This document shows positions 27,306-36,322 of a DNA stretch of 44,814 nucleotides, piece by piece. Position 1 is the stretch's first letter, and each line of letters opens with the position of its first letter. Both the position numbers and the translations under genes were made by a program. Source of the stretch: Thermoplasmatota archaeon (GTDB taxonomy: Archaea; Thermoplasmatota; Poseidoniia; Poseidoniales; Poseidoniaceae); NCBI GenBank assembly GCA_036160735.1, contig JAYYDR010000038.1:1-44814 (forward strand). Direction: 5' to 3'. Under the pieces are notes generated by a model, which was not told where the DNA came from, ran no database searches, and saw only the letters and a list, made by a program, of their open reading frames with translations.

Positions 27306-28277
27306 CTATTCCTCTTCCGGTTTCTTATCGATATGCGACAAATCCATCTCTAGTACGTCGTACATTGCTTCAGCTAATTCGACTTCAAGTCCGTTTTTAT
27401 TGGCCCATTCTACTAATCTAGTAACATCTCGCACTAGGAATTCTTGACTCTTTGGATGCGACTGAACAACCGCTTGCCCTACATCGATGACGACCGGTTT
27501 ATCGCCGTGCCACATTATGTTGTAAGGAGAAAAATCTCCATGAACCATGTTTGCTTTTTGCCATGTAACTGCGAGGAACTCAAGCAATTCCTCGTATACT
27601 GATTGAGCATCTGCTACCTCAACGTCTTTCAACCTCGGTGAGGGAGCGACGTCTGTTCCTAAATACTCCATAACTAGGACATTCTTGTGAGTACCAAGAG
27701 GTTTTGGCACCGATAAGCCCCATTTCTCTAAGCGGGATAAATTTCTGAATTCCTTTCTCACCCAAATGTCAACTAGATCTCTATGTCTTCTTCGAAGACC
27801 GCCAAATCTTGGGTCACCCTCGATATACTGTACCAAATTTTTGAACACGGCGTTTGAGGTGTGGAAAATCTTCACAGCTATTGGCCCATTTTCCCCAGTT
27901 CCGTGGAAAACGTGGGCCTCCTTTCCTCTTGCAATTGGGAAATCAAGGGTATCAATAATTCCTGATTTCATTAATTTGTACAAACTCATCAACGTGAGCC
28001 TGTCAAAAACCGCATCGAATACACGCCTGTCTACCCACTCGAATGGCCCGTCACCTAAAACACCCGAGAGACCTTCTTCGATTTCAGTAAACATTCGTTT
28101 GTACTTCTTTTCAGCCATCCAGCCTGTCCCTTTTGATGACTCGAGAGTACGAATAAACTCTGACGACTCTTTGTTCATATACTGCTCGTCAGCATTAGTC
28201 TTGCGACGCCTGCGATTGTGGCGACGTTGCTTGGTATCTTTGGACAATTCATCGTCCCAATCTGAGTTACGTCCCAT
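27306..28277 (-). CDS. rio1: RIO1-family serine kinase/ATPase
   Basis: ARGKEAHVF, AVKIF, YIEGDPRF, WVRKEFRNL, LVMEYLG, VHGDFSPYNI and IDVGQAV. Confidence 0.93.
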   Translation of the reverse strand: MGRNSDWDDELSKDTKQRRHNRRRRKTNADEQYMNKESSEFIRTLESSKGTGWMAEKKYKRMFTEIEEGLSGVLGDGPFEWVDRRVFDAVFDRLTLMSLYKLMKSGIIDTLDFPIARGKEAHVFHGTGENGPIAVKIFHTSNAVFKNLVQYIEGDPRFGGLRRRHRDLVDIWVRKEFRNLSRLEKWGLSVPKPLGTHKNVLVMEYLGTDVAPSPRLKDVEVADAQSVYEELLEFLAVTWQKANMVHGDFSPYNIMWHGDKPVVIDVGQAVVQSHPKSQEFLVRDVTRLVEWANKNGLEVELAEAMYDVLEMDLSHIDKKPEEE

Positions 28278-28325
28278 TCTTTGGCCTCCTCTTTATCGAA
28301 GCCAGACGGGTTTGGAATTGAGATT

Positions 28326-28838
28326 TCAACCGAAGAGATCGTTGATCTCATCGTCGTCATCGTCGTCATCCATTTCCTCAATCGCTTCTTCTTCAGGTGC
28401 TTCCTCATCAGCATTTGATGATGCGAATAGTCCGTCTTCGTCATCGAAGTCATCAACTGTAGTGTTCATACCGAACACGTCGACTTCTGATGGTAGAACT
28501 CCCTTTCTAGACAGATACATTGCCTGGGTCTTCGTATATCTGTGCTTAACATCAGCCTTTGAGTCTTGGAAATCCCAAGGCCACACGATAATCAAATCCC
28601 CTTCTCTTACCCACTGTCGACGTCGCATTTTACCAGGGATTCTAGCCATGCGTGTTTCGCCATCAGCACATAGAACAGTTACTCTCCTGCCACCGAGAAT
28701 TTGTTCTGCGATTGCGAACATCTCGTTAACCTTGGAGTTAGGCATCTTGACACGGATCTTGGAGGATTCTCCCTCCTCATTATCCATAAGACGAGCTAGT
28801 TCTTCCTCGTCTACTTTCTCTTCACGCCTACGGCCCAT
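28326..28838 (-). CDS. eif1a: Translation initiation factor aIF-1A with a long acidic C-terminal tail
   Basis: QILGGRRVTVLCADGETRMARIPGKMRRRQWVREGDLIIVWPWDFQDSKADVKHRYTKTQ. Confidence 0.95.
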   Translation of the reverse strand: MGRRREEKVDEEELARLMDNEEGESSKIRVKMPNSKVNEMFAIAEQILGGRRVTVLCADGETRMARIPGKMRRRQWVREGDLIIVWPWDFQDSKADVKHRYTKTQAMYLSRKGVLPSEVDVFGMNTTVDDFDDEDGLFASSNADEEAPEEEAIEEMDDDDDDDEINDLFG

Positions 28839-28882
28839 GGATTGAGCGAAAAGCCCTTCCTACTTGAAGGCTGATACTGTGC

Positions 28883-30571
28883 TCAGGCTAAATTTAGACT
28901 GTCTGCCGCACGATAGCACATATCGATTAGAGTGTCTCCGGACAATCCTAGTAGAATTGTTGCAACTAGACAAATCCAAATTGCCATTCTAATCGATGCT
29001 CCGTATGGAAGTGGCTTGCGACGTCCCTCTTCTGGAACATCTAGGAACATTACAACACCAATTCTCAGGTAGTAGAATACTGAGATTGCGCTGTTTACGA
29101 ACATTGCAAGAGCAAGCCACCAAACCCAGTGTAAGTCTGAGAAGGATACTGTACCGTTCATCCAAAGTTCTCCAACACTTGTTGAAACGATTCCAGCGAT
29201 TACTAGGAACTTCGACATGAAGCCTGCTAGCGGAGGAACTCCTGCTAGAGCTAGCATGAAGATGAACATCGCAGTACCGATTAGTGGGTCTCTGCGTGCA
29301 AGTCCAGATAATGCTGACAATCGACTTGCTCCACCTTCCATCTCAAGTAGACCAAGAACAAGGAACGCACCCAACTTGAATGCAACAAGCACGAATAGAT
29401 GGAATAGCACTGCTGCTACAATCGCATCTGCATAATCTGCAGGTGCGTCGACCTCTCCCCACTTCCATGCTCCCACAGCGGTCATTGCTGCAAGCATGTA
29501 TCCAGCGTGTGCTACTGATGAATAAGCGAGCATTCTCTTTGGGTTGGTTGAGCCTAATGCTGCGATATTACCCCAAGTCATTGTGATGACAGAAAGTGTT
29601 GCAAGAGTGTACAACCAAACTGCACTCTCTTCTTCCCCTGTTTCTGGAAGTGCGATTACCAGCAGGACTCTGATCAATCCAATCATTCCCATCGCCTTGG
29701 ACGCTGTTGCCAGAACACCAGCAACTGGCGAGTTTGCTCCAGCATATGCATCAGGTGCTGCGAAGTGGAATGGCGCTGCAGAGACCTTGAATCCGAATCC
29801 CACTAGAACCAAACCTAGTGCAATTAATCCAAGAACGGATGATTCTGACCAGTTTGCTGCGATTTCATTAAGTTGAAGACTTCCGAATTCAAGGTATAGT
29901 AGTGACAGACCGTACAATCCAACTCCGCTTGCCACTGAACCAGTGATGAAGTACTTCACACCAGATTCTGCACCGGACTTTGATTCCTTGTGGAATCCAA
30001 CCAAAACATAGGTTGCAAGGCTAGCTAATTCTAGACCTACGAACAGTACGAAAAGGTCCTGGGCAAGTGCAACTGTGCACATACCAATAGCTGTTGTTAG
30101 CATCAGGATGTAGAAATCCGCTTGACGGCGGTTGTCATACAACTCTTCCAGACTCTTCTTTCCTTCGAAAGTGTGTGCTGGAATTCGGTCCAAACTTGCC
30201 ATAGATGCAAGAAGAACAGCCGCTAGGAACAGAATCTCAAAGAATCTAGAGAAGTTATCTAGTTGCAGAATGATTATGTCACCACTAACTACAGTTGTGG
30301 TGTCCATTTTCCCGTCAATTGCCTCGATTACCATCATTCCCAATGCTGTAAACAGTGTTCCTGTTGCAAGGATACCCGGAATAGCAGGTGAACCTGTCAA
30401 CTTGAATCTCCTACCCCCGAGGAACCAAGGAACTCTAACCTTAGTCAGTGGAATTCGGAATTTTGAGTTACCTAGGTTTGGAATGATGAAAATTAAGAGC
30501 AGCCCACAGATTAGGATAGTCTCTGGAGCAAAGGCCTTCCAGAAATCATTGCTGAATACCTCTACCTCCAT
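28883..30571 (-). CDS. nuoN: Complex I subunit N
   Basis: FVGLELAS, ESGVKYFITG, FKVSAAPFH, KRMLAYSSVAHAGY and LAGVPPLAGF. Confidence 0.93.
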   Translation of the reverse strand: MEVEVFSNDFWKAFAPETILICGLLLIFIIPNLGNSKFRIPLTKVRVPWFLGGRRFKLTGSPAIPGILATGTLFTALGMMVIEAIDGKMDTTTVVSGDIIILQLDNFSRFFEILFLAAVLLASMASLDRIPAHTFEGKKSLEELYDNRRQADFYILMLTTAIGMCTVALAQDLFVLFVGLELASLATYVLVGFHKESKSGAESGVKYFITGSVASGVGLYGLSLLYLEFGSLQLNEIAANWSESSVLGLIALGLVLVGFGFKVSAAPFHFAAPDAYAGANSPVAGVLATASKAMGMIGLIRVLLVIALPETGEEESAVWLYTLATLSVITMTWGNIAALGSTNPKRMLAYSSVAHAGYMLAAMTAVGAWKWGEVDAPADYADAIVAAVLFHLFVLVAFKLGAFLVLGLLEMEGGASRLSALSGLARRDPLIGTAMFIFMLALAGVPPLAGFMSKFLVIAGIVSTSVGELWMNGTVSFSDLHWVWWLALAMFVNSAISVFYYLRIGVVMFLDVPEEGRRKPLPYGASIRMAIWICLVATILLGLSGDTLIDMCYRAADSLNLA

Positions 30572-32287
30572 TCAGATCCCTCCCAAGTTGAATACACCCT
30601 CGAAGAAGGCAACAGTCCATTGATCCATCATTCCTAGTGCAATGAATGGGAATATACCAAAAATTACTGTGAATATTGCAAGTATGATCATTCCTATGTT
30701 TTCTGACAGAGTGATGTCTGGAGGTGTTTCGCCATTGAGAGATTCTGGAGGTTGTCCTTCATCTCCACCTTCAAAAATTGTCCTTTGCATAGACCACAGG
30801 TAGTATGCTGCTGTGATTGCTAGAACAGCACCAGGCAGAAGAATCCACCACCCGTATTCAGGCCAGAAGGCTATCATAACCATCAATTCAGCAACGAATC
30901 CTGCCAGCAGAGGTAGACCAAGGCTTGCCATCCAAGCGAACATCATGTATACTGCAAGGAAAGGTGACCACTTAGCCATTCCACGCATTGCACCGATTTC
31001 CATAGAGTGGTAGTGGTGCTTGAATGCGCCACAAACAGCGAACAGCATAGGAGAGATGATTCCGTGAGCGAACATCATGAATAGTGCAGCTGCATATCCA
31101 ATTGGCTGCATACTTGCGATACCGAGTAGAATTACACCCATGTGTGAAACAGATGAGTAAGCAACCATCTTCTTCAGGTTGGTTTGTCCCAAACAAACGA
31201 TTGAACCCCAAACAAGTGAGATTAGACCGATTGCCATAATCACATCTTGGTAGTATACCACTGCATCTGGGAAGATTGCGATAGGAATTCTCAGCATTCC
31301 GTATGCACCCATTTTTAACATGACACCTGCCAAGAGCATGGAGCCCCCAGTAGGCGCTTGCACGTGCGCATCAGGAAGCCAAGTGTGGAATGGTACGGCT
31401 GGTAATTTTACCAAGAATCCAATCATTAGCATAGCAAACAGAATGTTTTGCATGTCCTTGCCTAGGAAGACACTGTCTCCCATGTTGTATGCAGTTGCAT
31501 TAGAGAATAGTACAGTCATATCGAATGTTCTGCCGGTAACTGTTCCGTACTGAGCACCATTTCCTTCAGGTTGAAGGAAGTAGAGTGTAATCAGTCCGAG
31601 TAGCATGATTACCGAAGCACAGAATGTGTAGATGAAGAATTTCTGAGCAGCATATCTCCTGTCTTTTCCTCCCCACTTTAGAATTAGGAAGAACATAGGA
31701 ATTAGAGTCAATTCCCAGAATACGTAGAACAGGAAGAGGTCTAATGCGACGAATACGCCGATTAATGCTCCACCCATCATCAAAAGGAGAGGATGATAGG
31801 TCGCTCCATCTTTCTCATTCCAGGTTGTGATGATTGTGATTGGCACCAAGAAGGTGGTCAACCAAACCATTGGGAACGACAAGCCATCCATTCCAACGTG
31901 CCAAGATACACCGATTGATTCTATCCAAACGTACTCCTTCTCAAGCGCATATTCGTTGTACATCAAATCCCAATCGACCAAAATTAGCCAATCGAAGAAT
32001 AGTGCTGTTGATATTGCCAGAGGAATTAGAGAGGCAACCAATGTGAATAAACGAATTGGTACAGCAATCACTTCTTTCCTCGCTCTAGTCTCTTGGCTAG
32101 CGAACGCCAGTAGAATACAACTTACGATAATTGGGAATCCTACTAGAGGCAGGCTAATCCAATCGACTGATGTATCAGAGTCGCTCAATGATGGGAAGAA
32201 TGCCATCAATCCTGCAACGATTATCAGCAACCCTCCAATTAGCATGAACTCTTTGTTCTTGATGTCAAGTGCTTGGTTACTATTCAA
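30572..32287 (-). CDS. nuoM: Complex I subunit M
   Basis: FYVFWELTLIPM, PFHTWLPDAHVQAPTGGS, LKMGAYG and AYSSVSHMG. Confidence 0.94.
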   Translation of the reverse strand: MNSNQALDIKNKEFMLIGGLLIIVAGLMAFFPSLSDSDTSVDWISLPLVGFPIIVSCILLAFASQETRARKEVIAVPIRLFTLVASLIPLAISTALFFDWLILVDWDLMYNEYALEKEYVWIESIGVSWHVGMDGLSFPMVWLTTFLVPITIITTWNEKDGATYHPLLLMMGGALIGVFVALDLFLFYVFWELTLIPMFFLILKWGGKDRRYAAQKFFIYTFCASVIMLLGLITLYFLQPEGNGAQYGTVTGRTFDMTVLFSNATAYNMGDSVFLGKDMQNILFAMLMIGFLVKLPAVPFHTWLPDAHVQAPTGGSMLLAGVMLKMGAYGMLRIPIAIFPDAVVYYQDVIMAIGLISLVWGSIVCLGQTNLKKMVAYSSVSHMGVILLGIASMQPIGYAAALFMMFAHGIISPMLFAVCGAFKHHYHSMEIGAMRGMAKWSPFLAVYMMFAWMASLGLPLLAGFVAELMVMIAFWPEYGWWILLPGAVLAITAAYYLWSMQRTIFEGGDEGQPPESLNGETPPDITLSENIGMIILAIFTVIFGIFPFIALGMMDQWTVAFFEGVFNLGGI

Positions 32288-34498
32288 TCAAGCCACCCCC
32301 CATAGTAGAATGAAGATTACCAACGTGCCAAGGGCCGTCATCATGATGTAATCTCTAGCGCTACCTGTTGTAAGAGAACGAACTCTTCTGGAAGCTTCTT
32401 GACTCGTTGATTCGATTGTCTTGATTACACCATCAATGAACTTGGTGTCAAATATAGCTGACAACTTAGCAAATCCGACAACTATCTTCAACATCGCTGC
32501 GTCATAGACATCATCGAAGTGCAACCTCTTGTGCAAAGAGGTTGCTAGACTTGAATTAGCCCAAGCTGTGTTGTCGAATTTCGAATTCTTGTTGACTCTT
32601 GCAGAGAGGTTGATCGCCCACTGCATCCATGGCTTAGCCTTCTGGTCTCCATCTAAGCTACCACCATAAAGAGCCATTGCAAAGGATGGTCCAAGTACTA
32701 GAGACAGACCAATTGCGACATATGTCAGTACCATCAGGAAAGGATCTGGGTTGAGGAATACGTGCTCCATCTCATATCCGATTCCGTCAATGAAACTAGA
32801 ATAGTGTCCAGACTCGAAGTTACCTAACCAGTGTCCTGCGTGCATACCAGCTAAGATAACTGCACTCAGAGTCATGAAGGTTAGTATGACCAGCGGAATT
32901 GGTATCCAAGGTGTTTGCTCGTGAACGTGTTCTGCAACCTCTGTCTTTGGTTTACCTGCAAATGTCATGAACCACATTCTTGACATGTAGAATCCGGTCA
33001 TACCTGCACCGATTAGAATGAGCATAGCAGGAAGAAGGAAAATTGGTTCTTTCAATGCAACCTTCCATGCGCTTGCGATTATGCCTTCCTTGGACCAGAA
33101 TCCACCAATTAGTGGAATACCGATAATCGACATACTACCTACAAACATAGCAGTTGCAGTGATTGGCATTCTGCTTGCCAAACCACCCATATTCTCCATC
33201 GATTGAGCATCAAAGTGATCGTCGTGATGTTCGTCGTGATGGTCATCGTGGTGTTCATCATCGTGTCCGTGATGAGCAACCTCGTGATGAGCGTGGTGCA
33301 TCTCGTGTATTACAGAACCGGATGCCATGAAGAGCATTCCTTTTGCCATTGCGTGATTGAACAGGTGGAATAGGGATGCGCCCATTGCAAATCTTGCTAG
33401 GTCATCATAGCCATTGTTTGCTAGCCATAGCGCTGAACCTAGACCGGTGAATATGTATGCCAACTGACTCATTGTTGAGTAAGCAAGTACCTTCTTCAAG
33501 TCCATTTGGACGAATGCGATTAGAGCTGCCATTACCGCAGTAATACCACCAATTATTGCGATTACAATTGCAAGTGTGGAAAGTGCTCCTAATTCTGCTT
33601 CCATGAAGAATGGGAACATACGTGCTACAATGTAGAGTCCTGCGTTAACCATTGTTGCTGCGTGAATAAGCGCAGAAACCGGTGTAGGACCTTCCATAGC
33701 ATCTGGAAGCCAAACGTGTAGAGGGAATTGTGCAGACTTACCTACTGCCCCGATGAATATCATACCCAGTGCTAGCTGCAAGTCACCAGAGTTTACCTTT
33801 GCAATGTTTTCTGGGTCAAAGACGTATGCGTAATCTAGGTGACCGTCAAACATATTCCATAGCATCACAAGTCCGATTACCAGGAATACGTCACCTACAC
33901 GGGTTGTCAAGAAAGCCTTCTTTGCAGCGTATGCTGCACTAGGTCTCTCGTAGTAGAATCCAATCAATAGGTATGAACACAATCCCATCAATTCCCAGAA
34001 GATGAACAGCCATAGGAATGAATCAGCAAGTACCATTCCCAGCATTCCACTACAGAACAATACGAATTCTGCGTAGAAGCGGTGGTTCCTGTTATCGTTG
34101 ATTGGGTCTGTGTTCATGTATCCAATCGAGAAGATGTTGATTAGGAAACAGAGGAATGCTGCAACGAATAGTAGCATTACTGTTAGGTGGTCGATGTATA
34201 TTCCAAACCCGAATACCTTGGTAGTAATCGCACCGGTTTCCGAATTCCACCATGAAGATTCGAACCAAGTAAAGACGTCGGCAGCCCCTACCTTGTTCAT
34301 GTGTTCCTTGATTACCAATAGTGCAAGAACAAGGCTTGCACCCATTACAGTAAGTGCAATTATTCCTCCTTCCTTGACATTCTTCACCCAATTTGGTGTT
34401 CCATTGAACAATCTACCCAGGAACAAAATAACCGGGAATGCCAAGAATGGCATTAGGGGAATTAGTACGGCATAATCTATGATTTCACTTCCACTCAT
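32288..34498 (-). CDS. nuoL: Complex I subunit L, with a His/Asp-rich insertion
   Basis: FWELMGLCSYLLIGF, GKSAQFPLHVWLPDAMEGPTPVSALIHAATMV and KKVLAYSTMSQL. Confidence 0.95.
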   Translation of the reverse strand: MSGSEIIDYAVLIPLMPFLAFPVILFLGRLFNGTPNWVKNVKEGGIIALTVMGASLVLALLVIKEHMNKVGAADVFTWFESSWWNSETGAITTKVFGFGIYIDHLTVMLLFVAAFLCFLINIFSIGYMNTDPINDNRNHRFYAEFVLFCSGMLGMVLADSFLWLFIFWELMGLCSYLLIGFYYERPSAAYAAKKAFLTTRVGDVFLVIGLVMLWNMFDGHLDYAYVFDPENIAKVNSGDLQLALGMIFIGAVGKSAQFPLHVWLPDAMEGPTPVSALIHAATMVNAGLYIVARMFPFFMEAELGALSTLAIVIAIIGGITAVMAALIAFVQMDLKKVLAYSTMSQLAYIFTGLGSALWLANNGYDDLARFAMGASLFHLFNHAMAKGMLFMASGSVIHEMHHAHHEVAHHGHDDEHHDDHHDEHHDDHFDAQSMENMGGLASRMPITATAMFVGSMSIIGIPLIGGFWSKEGIIASAWKVALKEPIFLLPAMLILIGAGMTGFYMSRMWFMTFAGKPKTEVAEHVHEQTPWIPIPLVILTFMTLSAVILAGMHAGHWLGNFESGHYSSFIDGIGYEMEHVFLNPDPFLMVLTYVAIGLSLVLGPSFAMALYGGSLDGDQKAKPWMQWAINLSARVNKNSKFDNTAWANSSLATSLHKRLHFDDVYDAAMLKIVVGFAKLSAIFDTKFIDGVIKTIESTSQEASRRVRSLTTGSARDYIMMTALGTLVIFILLWGVA

Positions 34499-34507
34499 GA
34501 TAACACC

Positions 34508-34810
34508 TCAGTTCTTCAAGAGATTAACCTCATCTAGAGATATGGTCTCATGCTGTCCATACATTGAGAGGAAGATTGCCAATCCAATGGCTACTTCAGC
34601 TGCTGCGATTGCAATTGCGAATACAGCGTAAACCCAACCGGTGACGTCACCCCAATGAGATGCTGCTGCTACGAATTGTAGGTTTACTGCATTGAGCATC
34701 AATTCGATACACATCAGAACTACAATTGCGTTCTTTCTGCTGAATGCTCCCCACAAACCAATGATGAAAAGGATGGCTGCCAGACCAGATACCCATGCTG
34801 GATCAATCAT
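34508..34810 (-). CDS. nuoK: Complex I subunit K
   Basis: LMCIELMLNAVNL and IAAAEVAIGLAI. Confidence 0.95.
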   Translation of the reverse strand: MIDPAWVSGLAAILFIIGLWGAFSRKNAIVVLMCIELMLNAVNLQFVAAASHWGDVTGWVYAVFAIAIAAAEVAIGLAIFLSMYGQHETISLDEVNLLKN

Positions 34811-35079
34811 TCCTTTTCACCTCCAGTCAATTCCCACTCGAGATTCACCAATCGCTCGTCACGAACCAGATATGCTGCACCGACCATTGCCATAGCCATC
34901 AGGAAGCCAAGTGCCAGCAGGGGTAGAGCCCATTCGCCGAACAAAGCTTCTGATAAGTCACTGGTTGTCACTTCATAGTCTGATGAATCTTCCCAAACTA
35001 CGTCTGCAGATACTGCAGTAACCAAAACTGCCCCAAGGAATACTAGGCCAACCCTAGCAAGGATAGATAGTAATCTCAT
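34807..35079 (-). CDS. nuoJ: Complex I subunit J, C-terminal half (J2)
   Basis: LSEALFGEWALPL...LMAMAMVGAAYL resembles the NuoJ C-terminus. It lies between J1 and K with ATGA overlaps. Confidence 0.75.
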   Translation of the reverse strand: MRLLSILARVGLVFLGAVLVTAVSADVVWEDSSDYEVTTSDLSEALFGEWALPLLALGFLMAMAMVGAAYLVRDERLVNLEWELTGGEKE

Positions 35080-35357
35080 TCAAAGTCCTCCTCAAGTATC
35101 TGCCTTCTAGTCAGCATTATACCGAATAGTACCACTAACATAACGCTAGCAAGATAAACCAAGATTTGGATGACTGCAAGGAATTCTGCACCCATCAAGA
35201 TGAATATACCTGCAACTCCCATGAAACAGAAAATCAGGCACATCATTGAATGTGCAACCCTCTGCATGTAAATCAAGCCAAGAGCACCACCGATTACAAT
35301 GGTGCTCATCAAGAAAAACATTCCAACTTCAAGGTACATTGCCAGGTCCATGCTCAA
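35076..35357 (-). CDS. nuoJ: Complex I subunit J, N-terminal half (J1)
   Basis: HSMMCLIFCFMGVAGIFILMGAEFLAVIQILVY. Confidence 0.88.
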   Translation of the reverse strand: MSMDLAMYLEVGMFFLMSTIVIGGALGLIYMQRVAHSMMCLIFCFMGVAGIFILMGAEFLAVIQILVYLASVMLVVLFGIMLTRRQILEEDFE

Positions 35358-36313
35358 GCCTCCCCTGCCGCTTTTGCGGCTTTCTTGGCTCTCTTGTCAC
35401 GTTCCTTGCTAGCCCTCTTTGCTAGTTCTGCGTCGACCGCTTCTTGGTGGTCTCCGATGAGTACTCTAGTTCTACCTGCATCCATCCACAGGTCTTGTCG
35501 AGTAAATCCGGACATTCCGTCATACTCATTTGTCATGAAGAATGATGTGAAGTTGCATGCTTCCATGCACAGACCACAGAACATACAGCGGCCAAGGTCG
35601 ATTCTTCCTGAGACGATTTGGTCATCTGCTGGATACAGAGACTCTAGTGGAACGTTGTCGACTTCGCCGGTGTCATTCCAGCGCATGCGAGCACTGTTTC
35701 CCGATAGGTCTAGGACTTCTCCGAATCTCCATTCGTCTGGAGCATCGGTGTGAGCAGTTGCTAGGTTGAAGGAATCCATGGTCGCAGTGACTTCAGGCTT
35801 CTCAACAGCAGCGAACTTACCTACTTCGAGTTCAGCTCCATAGCCTTCCCACTCTCCTTCTGCACTGTCAAGAACGTCAACGCGTAGTTCGGTAGTCATG
35901 TGAAGACAGGAGTTTGGACAGATGTTTACGCACATCTTACATGCAGTACATGTCTCCCAAATGACACCGATTCTTCCGTTAAAATTACCTGGAACGAACA
36001 ACCAAGGTTCGATTTCTTCCAAGCGCTCGTACGGATAATTGACGGTTTGCGGCTTCCAAATTGTTGGAGTCAAGTCAGTTCCAGAGCGATCTGGAGTGTA
36101 GTGGTGTTGTGTAATATCGTTGATGTGCTTGGTCTTTTCAGCACGTGCAATATCTCCATCATCGATGAACTCAGGGTGAGTTGTGTTGTGATAACCGCTT
36201 GAGAATCTCTTTCCGATGAACTCGTAAGTTCTCAAAACGGTCAGTCCAGTTATCTTAAAGGGGTACCAGAATAGATTTCTGAAATTTGGTTTACCATGTG
36301 GATGCGATGCCAT
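35354..36313 (-). CDS. nuoI: Complex I subunit I (2x[4Fe-4S]) with a large insertion
   Basis: TVNYPYE, CTACKMCVNICP and IDLGRCMFCGLCMEAC. 110 residues separate the two Cys motifs. Confidence 0.9.
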   Translation of the reverse strand: MASHPHGKPNFRNLFWYPFKITGLTVLRTYEFIGKRFSSGYHNTTHPEFIDDGDIARAEKTKHINDITQHHYTPDRSGTDLTPTIWKPQTVNYPYERLEEIEPWLFVPGNFNGRIGVIWETCTACKMCVNICPNSCLHMTTELRVDVLDSAEGEWEGYGAELEVGKFAAVEKPEVTATMDSFNLATAHTDAPDEWRFGEVLDLSGNSARMRWNDTGEVDNVPLESLYPADDQIVSGRIDLGRCMFCGLCMEACNFTSFFMTNEYDGMSGFTRQDLWMDAGRTRVLIGDHQEAVDAELAKRASKERDKRAKKAAKAAGEA

Positions 36314-36322
36314 ATTATCACC

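Noticed and set aside
27766-28845. 359-aa plus-strand ORF
   Set aside because: Antisense to rio1 and eif1a; its poly-Ser runs mirror the Asp/Glu codons on the real strand.
34807-35357. nuoJ as a frameshifted pseudogene
   Set aside because: The second half has its own GAGGAGG RBS and an ATGA coupling overlap, and split J genes are known in archaeal Fpo-like operons.
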